Assembly: GCA_900088475.1 (NCBI GenBank)
Contig: FLMG01001932.1
Coordinates: 1-48,198, forward strand
DNA: 48,198 nucleotides
Direction: 5' to 3'
From: Hyphochytrium catenoides
Lineage: Eukaryota; Protista; Hyphochytriomycota
The notes under the pieces were generated by a model. That model saw only the letters and a list, made by a program, of their open reading frames with translations. It had not been told where the DNA came from and ran no database searches. Shown piece after piece: positions 32,209 to 43,785 of the stretch (position 1 is its first letter; the number at the start of each line of letters is the position of its first letter). The translations under genes were made by a program, and so were the position numbers.

Positions 32209-35200
32209 CTAAGCCACGTTGAGCAATTTCTTAGCGATCTGATAGTAGTCACCTACACCTCTTCTCAGGTCCTCAAGGGATATGTACTCCCGAGGACAGT
32301 GAGCGTCGCAAATATCTCCAGGGCCAAAAAGATAGGCAGTGCCTGAAGTAAAATGGAGAGAAAGGAAACGTGTGTAACACAAGCACCATGCTATATGAGA
32401 GACTTTGCAGGGTATAGAGGGAGCGGACAACTTGGGCCGTTGGTTGCTAGTTCAGAGTAGTTTGCAGGCTAGGCATATTAACGGTAGGGCAAAAGAGCGA
32501 GACGGAGATACTGACCTTGCTTCTTTCCAAAATTGAAGTATGGTATATCAGTGTTGAAGCACGCCACGTCAACCTCGAAGCCATCCACGACTCCCAGACG
32601 GGCAGGAGGGTTGTGAGTGATAAGCTGCACCTCCACACGGTCACCCGCAATTTTCTACCGACCAAAAGGTGTCAGTCAGTGGCGAACTAGTAAACGTAAA
32701 CATCGAATAGAACAGAGTAGAACACTAGGAGGAGAACCGTTTGATGCCAAGTCAACGGCTCTCTGCCGATAGCCAGCCCCGTATTCCTCCATCTCGCATT
32801 ATCCTGTCTTAGATTACATGCTATCCTCGCCCCAAAACAACCGTCCAGACTTCTCTCTCTAGCTCTCCCTTTCCGAGACCCGCTGAGTACCTTCACAATC
32901 TTTCTCCCTCTCTCTCTACTTTCAGCTTTTTCTCTGCTCGTTCTCTTCCGAGCCACGTCTCTGTCTCGGCCCTTGCCCCTCGCTTGTATTGCTTTCCGCT
33001 GCATTGGTACGATGCCCACCTTTAGTCTCTCAAAGATGGCGAGTGGATCAGAGATCACTCGGAACATTAGGGTTGCCTCTGCATACTCTGGGACTGCATT
33101 GGNNNNNNNNNNNNNNNNNNNNNNNNNNNNNNNNNNNNNNNNNNNNNNNNGCATATAAATCACTCTCCTCTCTCTTCCCCTCCTACTCGTTAACGCATGC
33201 CATGGCTCCTTCCTTCTCCAACCTTGATGACTCCGATATTCATTGTAGTCTCCCCAAGCTCCTCACTTGAGGGCCATTTCTCTGCACGAAGGTCGGACAA
33301 GACATCCAACAGCGGTTCAATAGCTGATTCCCCAAGGTGCGGGTAGCCTGAGAGGTGGCTCAGCGTCAGCTCGAACTCACAGATAGACCACTGAGATTAG
33401 GCAAGTCTCTTATTTAAGGCAAACATCCGCTAAGAAAAAATCAGAAACAAGGCCGGGAGACCGTACAAGGGAAAATTCAGGCCAGACTAAAGAACCACGA
33501 CATAGGGCCAATGACACCGACGGTCAACGGCGAGAATAAAAACTTCATGAATCTCTCTTCCCATATCATAGAGTACGTAGCCCAAAAGATGGAAGATAAC
33601 AAGGAGAGACCTAGAGAAGGACCCACCGCTATGTGCTGATACTCCTTTTTTGGACAGCACAACCTTGAGAATTCCCTTCTGCAGTCTGATAATCTTGCGA
33701 GCTGTGGGCTCAGCGACAACAAGAAACTCAGGATCTAGGCCCAGAGCGTTAGCTGCCTTCATGCCTACCAGATCGTAGCGGTATCACACGTTGATGTTAG
33801 GTGGTGGTAGTGAGGAGCTCGCTATGAAGGCGACTGATATATTGTGGAACGTTTTCACCTTAAGAGAGGACAGACGAACAGTAGAAAGTGCGAGATCGAG
33901 ATACGTCATCTTGACGGGGACCGTATGAAGAGGAAGGATTCCAAACCTCTATAGCTGTTGGAGAAAGAGAGACAACACTCGAGTCTCTTCAAAGGAGATG
34001 CGAAAGAACAGGAGGGACAAATATGATTGTGAAGAGACGAAGACGGATTGAAGAGAGGATAAGGGTGACGAAGAAACACACCTGAATGATCTGTCTCCTC
34101 AGATACCACGAAGAGGATGCCAATATCCTGAGAAGGTTAGAAAGTTTTACATCTTCAATATACTCTTTCTACCTCTTCTGTGCAACTACTTACCTCTATT
34201 CCTTCCTGTACCAGCTTTTGGGCAGCGCAGAGCATAGCAGCGAGGAGACTCTTGGTGTCACAGGCTCCCCTCCCATACAAGTTCTTGTCGTCCAGGCGCG
34301 CAGGGAAGTACGGCGGTACCGTGTCAATATGGCTGCAGGAAAGATTGTTAGGCACTAAGAGTGATCTCGGGAGTGGATCTTCGCAGACAGATAGTGGATT
34401 CATGGAGAAGTGCCATTGCAAAAGAACCTGAAGGTTAGCATGCAGACATACGGCGAAGGGCTACCAGACATCTGAGCACACCACCATTGAGTCTTTACGT
34501 GCGACACGACATCTCTTAACAAAGTAAAGCATGAAAGTGATGTAAGGCTAAAGCCGCCAGCTCATGGGGCAATTCCCGGGGAGGTTAAAAGTAAGAGGAG
34601 GAATGACCAGGTGGGCGAGAGCCAGGAAGAGAGCGTCAGAGCAAACAAATAAGATACCTGTTAAAGATGAAGCGGGGAGAGGGGCAAGTGGGCCTCCTAG
34701 CGTAGATATTGAAGCGCTCTCTTTGAACGGGAGATAGATGCTGAGGAGGAACGGGCTGGAGCACAACTTCCCATCCTCTGGTTTCTAGCCACCGCTGTAA
34801 CACGCTGCTCATTGGGGCCTGAAAGGGAGAACAGACCAGGGATCAGGAAAGGGACGTACACGAGAGGTTTAAGAGGACAGGAGACATAGAAAACATGGAA
34901 GTGCCTGCTATAACCCGGAAGGCTGTGCGAGGTTGAGTTTATGGATGCAGAAGGAGGCGCAAGCCAATTCTAAAGCCTTAGCATGTGTAAAATAAATGAA
35001 AGGCCGGAGCGAAAAGTGACCCCAAACCTAGAGAAGACGACAAGGGAGCCTGTCGACATAGCGCTAATCCTACCTCATCTCCCGAGAGCGAGGCGGTATT
35101 TATAAGGGCAGCAGCCTTAATAGTTCAGGGTCAGAGAAGGGAACGGCAAACTCAGCGTTAGTCGAAATGAAGGCTTGGCAGTCAAGCACTGTCCTCGTGC

Positions 35201-38200
35201 CTGGTACCAAAAAGGACGAAGCTTGCGGGTAGAGCCATGATGATCAAAGGAAAAAGAGAGAGAAAAGGAGAAAGACAGACCAGGGCAACCACGTCGTCAC
35301 TGCTAGGATCTGCAAGGTCCAGGGCTGCCTTCTCTTCTGGCGACAGTTCCTTGTTGGCGTCTCCTGATGGCTCTAAATGGTTGAACGGTAACTTCAGATA
35401 GCATGTCGAGCCTCTTTGCCTTCATTTGGCTATCTCAGGTCTAATACGTTGCCAGAGCTCTCTCCCTTTTGACTCCTCTTTCTCTCGTCATTGCTGGGCT
35501 GCCACACCAGCTATCTCTCTCGGGGTGTCCGCCTTTCACGGACATAGTCATTCGTCTTGTCGACCGAGTTACCTTTATCAAGCGTCCCTTGTTTGTCGTT
35601 TTCCTTAAAATTTGGATGGAGGTGCCATAATCCTCCGACTGCCGTGGCGCAGATCACCTCCGAAGCCGCAGAACCGAAGATAACACTCTCTAAGAGTGTA
35701 TCTGGACGCCAGCCCTATGTGAGAGACATTGTCAAAGGGTAAGAGAAGGAACAACGATAGAGCGACATCTTAAGGGCAAGACAAGAGAACAGCACATTAA
35801 GGGCAAGAGTGAGTGAATGCGAAGGCAGCTGTTCCAATTACAATGACGATGACGGAAAACATCGAGCACAAACGAGCGTTGACGGGAAAGTGGCACCATG
35901 GCTCATCGCTAACGTGGCACATCACAGCTACAAAAGCTTCAAAGTATAGTGCCATTCAAAAAAACCGCAGATCACCGACGTTTCTCACCTGAAGGACCTC
36001 TGCTGATAGGTCAACAACAGCAAAGTCCGCTAGCTTGCCGATGGCAATCTCTCCCTGCAAATATGTCAATTCTCTTAGCACCGGCCAATGCCACCAAGGG
36101 GACCAGGGAGCCAGGAATATCGCTCCCGTCAAGAAAGGCACAACTCAGGAACTTTAAGCCCATGTCTATGGCACCCTGCAATACAGCCTTACCGCGTTGA
36201 CACCAAGCGATCTAGCACCATTTCGGCAGGCATAGGAGAGAAGCTCCGCTGCTAGTAGCTCCTCGCCCACAGCTGCCGCAACAGCTCCTCTTCTGTTCAG
36301 CCTCAGCCTGTGCGCGTACTCTAACCTATAGCGATACATGGTACAGTACGTGAAGAGACAAAGAAGCTTCAGTATAAGGGCCTGCAAACCTGCAAACTCA
36401 AGACACTCTTCGAGCTTTTGAATGCACTGGGAAACGGCACAATCAAGAAGCCCTGTAAAAATAGAGAAACTTGAAGATAACAGCGAGAGGCGGGCTATCG
36501 CTCTGGCAGGTCTAACTTATGGACAAAGGTAAGAGACGCTGGAGAAGAGGAGAATAACGCTGAAGAATGGAGTCGGCACCATCGCATCTCCTCTATCATA
36601 TCAATGCGCGCATTGCAGTCTGAGCCCAAGCAAATACTGCCACCGCAAGATTGTAGGTCAGGAAAGCCATCTCCAAGATTGCCCTAATCAGTGACAGTGA
36701 GCACGCATAGCAAGCAAGGAGAGCACATGAGTCTTTTTCTCTCTAATCTACTCTTCTCTCCCAGCGACAACCAACCTCCTCCTTCTTTCCCGTCCCCCCT
36801 TGTTGCCTCATTCTCTCTCTCTATGTGTCTCTCTTCTCTCTCCTTTTTCCCTCTGCTTCTCTCTTCTTGTTCTGCTCTGTCTCTCTCTCTTTCTCTCTTG
36901 GTCTCTCTTGATCTCTATCCTCACCATCTCAACTCTCTCTCTCTCTCCCCCCTTCTTTCCATTCAGTAGGACTTCAGATAACGACAAAACCAACGGTTAT
37001 GGCTCTCCAACAGTAGCCCTCACTACTGCTACTTTCTCCTTGGTGACTTTTACTTTTTGCATCTGATCTGCCTTATATCATTGGTCCCGTCCTACCTCTG
37101 TAAGGGGGCAGATGCACACATTGCCTCCTCTCCTGACGAACTCCTGCAGATCTTCCAAGGGACTCCACGTACAGTGCACGGCAGTCATCTCCGAACCCAG
37201 CGGTAGTTCCTCTAATAGGATTTGCAGCGGAGTGCGCGCCAGGGCAGCGCGGCAGTCCTCCAGCTCTTTGGGCTGACAGAAGTGAGGGAGAAGGCGGATA
37301 AGTGGCTATGCGATGAAGAAGCAGACGTGTGCTGCGACATCTTTTTAGCTATATGTGGGAGGTTCGGTGGCTTTCTTCTAGGAGAACAGAGGCTTTAACG
37401 ATAAGTATGCGCAAATAACAACCTGGAGATGCCAAAGACAGAATGACGTAGAGGCAAGCGGAACCCCAGAAAAGGAACCGGCGAAGATAGAGAGCCAGAG
37501 AGCCAGATGAGACATAGAGTAAAGGATCGCCTATACAAGTCACCTGCTCCTCTACGTGCATGTGGAAGACGAGCCCTCGTCGTAACGCCTCCGCATGCAG
37601 CTCTATAATCTGCGGCACAGAGGCAGCCCGGAAGCTGTGCGCTACGGCACCTAGAGACTGTGAGAAAACAATCAAGCCGCAAGTGTCATGAAGCGCTTAA
37701 GTTGATGATGGCGCGAAGGGAGCAATAGTGGAAATGAACAGAAAGATAAGGAGAGAGAGATACTCCTATTGCATTATAGAGGAATATAGTTGCACAGGAG
37801 CTCTGGCTGACTGAGCACAGCATCACACTTCTCATCGTCGATCTGTTTAAGTACACCTCGAGCTTCCAGCTTGCCCGGGGCCAAGAGTAAGTTATTCTCA
37901 CCTGACTCTTCTTGTCCAGCAGGCCCTCCAATCTGTCCATATTCTCCCAATACAGCCGCACATCCGACGTCTGAAACCGTAGCTGAGGCGCAGAGGGAGG
38001 CGCATCTTGGAAGCCAGAGAAGGCGTAGAAGACGTTCAAAAGAACGAGGCGGATGCCTAGAAACATAGAACGCCAGAGTGCGAATATCCAAGTTCAAATA
38101 TCAATGATGGGGACACAGAAAAGTGACGGAGACAGAGAAAGAGAGAGGTTAAAGAGGGACTGGCGTAGGAGAAGAATCGGCTTCCGTAAGAGCAGGTCCC

Positions 38201-40125
38201 CTCTCTTGCCGCTGTAAACAGTTCTTTCCTTCCATCAACCTCCTCTCTTGATCGGTCCTTTCGCTCCTAAATGGGGCTGCTTCTTCCCTTCACCCCGCAT
38301 CTCTCTCTCTCCTCTTTAGTTCTTATGTATCTCTTTTGTCGTTACTTGCGAGCTTGTGTCTCCTCTCTCTTTCTCCCTTTCTCGTCCATCTCTTCAGTTC
38401 TATCTCTCTCGCCTCTTCCCTTCTCCCTTCTCTTTACGTTTCTACTTACCCACATCCTTTGCCGCCTTAAGCACGAGCTCATCAAGAGAGAAATCCTTTG
38501 TTCCTCTTCTGTGGTGAAGATAATGGAACTCTCCCACCGTCGTGATGCCTCTTTCTCGCATCTCTTGGAAGCAGCTTCGTGTGAGAGAGTAGAACTCCTC
38601 AGGTGTAATATTCTCCGCTATATTGGGAGAGACAATGGAAGCGCAAAGTAGAGAGAGAGAGACAGATAAAGAATTAAAGAGAGAATATCCCTAATGTTTG
38701 CACTGGCATCTGTTTGGTGAAGCTTCAAGGCCAACCTTTTCTTCGCCCGGCGTTATATACTCTTTCTCTCTCTCTCTCTCACTCCCCTCTTTCTTTGTCT
38801 CTCTCTCTCCTCCCTCTCTCTCTCTCTTCTCCCTCTCTTCTTACCCCTCTCCGTATGCCTCTCTCTTCCCCCTCTCTCCCTCTCTCCTCTTCTCCCCTTG
38901 TCCAGTCGCTCTGTTCGTTCGGTGTCTCTCCTATGTTTTCCTTTTAGCAAATCTTACCAAGTGCATACATCTCTTTTCTCCAGGTCCAGAAGCTGTTAAC
39001 TCCTTGCTCTCTCGGGTAAGTCTCTCCTTTCCCTCGAAGGCCTCTCTGGAAGGCGTGAGAGTGAGCGTTCACAAATCCTGGAAGAAGAGCCTTTCCCCTT
39101 AACGTGACGGTAGCTAGAGAGAAAGAAGGAAAAAAGAGAGAGAGCGCAAGAGAGAAACAGAGAGAGAGAGAGGCGCAAACAGCAAGAGAGAGAGAGCCGC
39201 AAGAAGCGGAACCCCAATTGAAGGTGGCGGGAAGTTGAGAATGTGGGGCAGGGAGAGAGGACGTAGAAGAAACAGTTAGAGTAGATAGAGCAGACAGTGT
39301 TTGAAGAAAGCCACTTAGTCTGGTGGAAAGAGAAAGAGAAAGAGAGACTTCATGGTGAAGGTCTGTTCCATGGTAATAAGGAGGTAATTAGAGGGAGAGG
39401 AAGGAAATCAAAGAAAAGAGAGGGAGAGAAGACACTGAGCGCCACGTTGGACCCTTCTTGTCAGTCCGCTCCATCTTTTCTGTCATGTCTCTCCTGTTCG
39501 CGCTATAGATCGCCACAATGACTTCCCCTCTCTCTCTCTCTCTCTCTTCCGCTCTCTCTCGCGTGCGCTCTCTCTGTCTCTCTCTCTCTTCGTTAGCATA
39601 CCTTTCTCCTTGATCTCGCTGGCTTTTCCCAAGGACTTGATGAGTCCATCCTCCCCAACCACGATCTTGACGTCTCTCTGGGGCAGATGAAGAAGGAAAA
39701 GAGTTACAAACGCGGAGACGAAGAGAGAAGGAGAGAGAAGGGGAAAGACTGCTACAATACCGGTAGGTTGTGAGGAGGAACCGGTGTACCGCGTTATAAG
39801 AAAAAGAAAGTGGATTCGAGCAAGGGAGAGAGAGAGAAAGACAGGGAGAGAGAGAGAGAGACAGAAAGAGAGAGACAGAGAGAGAGAGAGAGTAGAGAAA
39901 CACAAAGACGTCTAGGAAGAAGACGTGGCAAGGAGAAAGACTTTGACACGGTTTGAGCAAGCGATAGGAGAACGGATAAAGCTCTAAAAAAAGGGAGAGA
40001 GAGAGAGCGAGGGAGAGAGAGAGAGAAGAAAGAAAAAGAGAGAGAGAGAGTGTTACCTGGAAACTGCGGCCAAGCCAGGCCCAATCCGCCTGGATTACCT
40101 GCGCGGCAGATTGTTGCCGCTCCAT
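32209..40125 (-). CDS. hutF: Fusion: formiminoglutamate deiminase (HutF-type amidohydrolase) + M20 (ArgE-like) metallohydrolase; 21 exons
   Basis: Exons: 40125-40057, 39677-39602, 39113-38958, 38617-38450, 38056-37902, 37657-37544, 37272-37096, 36683-36580, 36325-36193, 36054-35989, 35714-35573, 35372-35281, 35115-35074, 34818-34658, 34332-34194, 34127-34082, 33764-33627, 33347-33223, (gap)-33020, 32654-32516, 32342-32209. HutF motifs: LPGFVNAHSHAFQRGLRG, SFWTWREEMY, GITTVGEFHYLHH, AHSFRA, HMHVEEQ, VHCT, CPLTEGNLGDG, GSD, EEMRWLEY. M20 motifs: SLSGDE, NSHIDTVPP, GRGACDTK, VSEET, AEPT, AHSGYPHLG, NAVP, FGPGDICDAH. Confidence 0.85.
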
Positions 40126-40449
40126 CTTCTCACTTTCCCTCTCTCTTCGCTCCTTCCCTAGCCACCTACTTTTATCCTCTTCTCTTTCTCTACGTTCAGG
40201 AGTCGGTCTCTCTCTTCCTCGCTGGTTCACGCCCGCGAAGTCACGCAAGGAGGTGCAGGATGAGCCTTGTCGGATACTGAGACACGGGAAAAACTGAAGG
40301 CGAAAGAAAAAAGAGGAAGGGAAGAGAAGAGAGAGAGAGAGAGAGAGCCGTGGCGTAAAGCGAGACAAACCCGTAGAACAATTCATTTTGGGAGATCGAC
40401 GAGGTGGGAAGAAACGGAAAGCGCCAGAGAGGGAGAAAAGACGCTGACA

Positions 40450-40945
40450 AGAGGAGAGAGAGAGCAGGAGAGAGAGAGAGAGACGGACAGAGACAGAGAG
40501 TGAGAGACACAGAGAGAGAGACAGAGACAGAGAAGAAGAGAGACAGAGACAGAGAGAGAAGAAGAGGGAGAGACAGAGAGAGAGTGGGCGACACAGAGAG
40601 AGAGAGACAGCGAGAGAGAGAGAGAGAGAAGAAGAGAGAGAGACATCAGAAGCATCAAGAGATCCTTCAAGTTGCCTTTTGACAACTTAGGTTTGGCGGA
40701 TTTATTAGGCCGCGTCTAACTATAATAAACCTACACAGACTCCGCTATCTCGCTTTAGAGAGTAAGATCTTCATCATCTCTGTCAAAGATGCACAACATC
40801 CCAGTTCGAAGATCATCTACCTCTCTCTCTCTCTCTCTCTCTNNNNNNNNNNNNNNNNNNNNNNNNNNNNNNNNNNNNNNNCTCTCCCTCTCTCTCCTGT
40901 CTCTCTCCTCTCTTTCCCCTCTCTCTCTCTCTCTCTCTCTCTGTC
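40450..40945. repeat. (GA)n/(GACA) tract followed by a (CT)n tract with gap 40843-40881, upstream of the HutF-M20 gene
   Basis: Directly visible. Confidence 0.85.
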
Positions 40946-42126
40946 TAATAATGGAGAAGGCATATGGTTCTGCTTTCTCTCTTTCAGAAAGGCGGAAGCT
41001 GCAGCAAAGGTCTGTTCCTGAGAAATGATAAGGACCCAAGTTTTCTCTCTCCTCTTTTCACTGACACGCCGCTACTAGCAGACAACGCAGTGATGGTGGC
41101 TTCACACGAGAAGAATCTGTATCACGGCAATTTATGAAGAAACGGCGCTTCAGATTCTGAAGCGTATTCCCCTTGAGCAGCCGCTGGACCCTTCGCTGGC
41201 TTGCCTCCTCGCGGCGGTTGAACTTCTTGATGATGATGATGACATTGTGGTTGGTGGTGGTTCATCACCTGCTGCCTCCTTCTTCTCCCATTATTATCAC
41301 GGAAGAAGATGAGATCAACTATGATTCTTCCTTACCGATGATGATGAGCATCGCGGAGGAGATCGGCGAGCTGAGGACGAGACCAACAACAAGAAAGGCT
41401 GTCTCTTCTTCTTTTTCCTCTCCTCTTCCTTCTTCTTCTTCTTCTTCTATCTTCTTTCTTTTACATCTTCTTCTTAGTTAGAGCAGTAGGCAGTAGTAGC
41501 TATCTTCCTTAGAAATCATCTAAAAAGAAAAGCTCTGTGATCTCAAATGGGTAGAGAAAGAGAAGAGACCACCATATTTTTGTCCTTTCCTTTGTCATAA
41601 CATCTAGTAGTTCTGCTGCTGCTTGCTGGTCTTCCATGATTGTCCCACCACCATCATGGTGTTGCCCATGCCAGCGGCAAGTTAATAAGCTGCTGCCGAT
41701 GACAGACTCGTCATCATCATCATGTCCTTGCGCATCATTGATCATCCTCCTACTACTATGGGTTCCTCCTATAAGAAGCCTGAAATTTGGACATGCACAT
41801 AGACCCTGTCTCTTCTGAAGAAACGAAGAAGGAGCTGCAGGAACTTACAATCTGCTTCATTAGTGCTCAGAAGTTCCTGCTCTTTGTTCTTTTGTCGAAC
41901 TGAAAGCGAGAAGAAGGGAAAGCAAAAAGAAGCTACAGCCGGCGGCCGTGTGAAGCAACATCAAGAGTTCTTCGCACTATCACAAGCGGGCCTCTCCTCA
42001 TTTTCTAAAGCCCGTCCCCACCATAGATAAGTCAACTCTTCAACGAGCCTTCACTAGCGTGAGGTCTACCCCCAACCACGTAAGCCCCACCAGAAGAGCA
42101 AGGAGGAAGAGATATCACGCTGCAAG

Positions 42127-42399
42127 ATGAAGCTGGTACTCAACAACGCTATCCTTCTAGCAGCTATTGCAGCGATCACCTGGCCCCGGGACGCAGAGGC
42201 AGCCTGCCGTCCTGGTAGCCACAGGATAACATGGCAAGCTCCGGGAGGCTGTCAGATGGGCTGGGCAGGAAGGTGCAACGACACCTGCAAGGGCTCCGGT
42301 GTCAGTCGCGGCTGCTGCGGTGCTGTGGAGTCCAGCATTGACAAGGCGGGTTGCGGACCATTCTACCGTGTGTGCAACTGTGCTTGCCAGAGAAACTAA
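42127..42399 (+). CDS. Small secreted cysteine-rich peptide (90 aa, signal peptide, 10 Cys)
   Basis: MKLVLNNAILLAAIAAITWPRDAEA looks like a signal/pro region. The mature part has the pattern C-C-CxxxC-CC-C-CxCxC. Clean ATG...TAA, no intron. Confidence 0.8.
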   Translation: MKLVLNNAILLAAIAAITWPRDAEAACRPGSHRITWQAPGGCQMGWAGRCNDTCKGSGVSRGCCGAVESSIDKAGCGPFYRVCNCACQRN

Positions 42400-43785
42400 G
42401 GCTTGAAAGACACCAACAGCGGGCCGACGACCGCCAGTCCAGATACTCCTTGTCCAGCAGTAACGCAGCAGCAGTACGACGCGGCAGTTATTCAACCATA
42501 ATGATGAGCAGCATAAGTCCTAGCAATTGTTCCCTTCATCATGTGTTGCCTTCTTCGCTGTTTCAGCGGCCAAGCTCTGTCACCAGAGCAGGCAGCAGCT
42601 AGTAGACAGGTAGAGCCCTATTGTTGCTCTTATTCCTACGTACGACACGTGATAACAGTGATAATCCTCGACGCATGCAGTCAAGTGTCTCAGTAACGCG
42701 ATGTTGGAAACAAAGAATGTAGTAGCAGGCAGTGGGAGGAGGCCGTCTGTCCGTGAAGTGTGGCTAATTGCTTCAGCGATAACATCATCAGCAACTGCCA
42801 TACTTTGGTCCCCACTCTATTGCAAACAGGCGTGCCTTCCACCAGGCATCTCCGCCGTGCTTCTTCGTCATTCGTCCCTTGGCGGCGGCGGCCATCAAAA
42901 TGGTGCGTAAACTGAGCTAGCTAGGTCAAGCCTTCTTCTTTCTTCTGCCTGTGAGGCGATCCTCATCATCAAACTCATACCTGTGGAAGGTCTGACCACC
43001 TACCATCCATAGCTGGAAGTCGTTTGATGGAGATTATTGCTAAGCAGGGATGCTGTGCAACAACGGCTCTAAGGAAATTCCTTCTTATTAACGACAATGA
43101 TACTGTGGTGTATGCAGAGGGCAATCTTCCGCCGCTCCTTTACTATGCTACGCGGCGCAACGGACAAACTGATGCTGTGTAGCAAATTCATGAAGTCTCA
43201 GTGGGCCACTCCGCGAGTTGTTTGCTTTACTTAACAACGACACCATTCGTTCACGATCTCCGCGATTGAGATTCCCGCGAAGATCATGTTTCTTCTCAGC
43301 GACAGAAAGAGAGGTCATCAAGAGAACGGATGGTAGCTTACGGTCACGGTTAGCTTCAATCCGACATCGATAATAGGAATACCGCTTCGAACTAACGCAT
43401 ATTCTTCTTCTTAGCGATGGAGAGGCCATCAAGCATTTTTCCTCTTCTCTCGCATCATCGGTGAGGAAGATGATCTCCCCGCGTCCTCCTCGATAGCCCC
43501 GTAGCTCCCACTTCTTGTTGATCCTCCCCGGCCGTCCCTCAGTGGCCAGGTGACGATGTAGCTGCTGCCTTTTCCTTCCTCTTATTTCTTCTTTTGGTCT
43601 ACTACTACTTGTCGCTCTTGTTCCTCCTCTTCTTCTTAAGTAGCACATTTTTTCATACCTTCTTTATAAAACAGTTGTCTCTTGTCTACTAGTCACACTC
43701 CTTTATCATTGCTCGTTAAATAAAAGGCAATTTTCTTTCTTCTTTGCTTCAGCAGATTCTCTCTCTCTTTCTCTGTTCTGCTAAA

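Noticed and set aside
33103-33150. Missing GG-x-A segment of the M20 dimerisation domain
   Set aside because: It falls in an N-gap that hides the splice acceptor and the first codons of the exon.
29438-40685. Many SL/ER-rich ORFs in the track (e.g. 29438-30115, 31051-31419, 39388-40386, 40241-40594)
   Set aside because: They are translations of (CT)n/(GA)n microsatellites and only partly overlap true exons.
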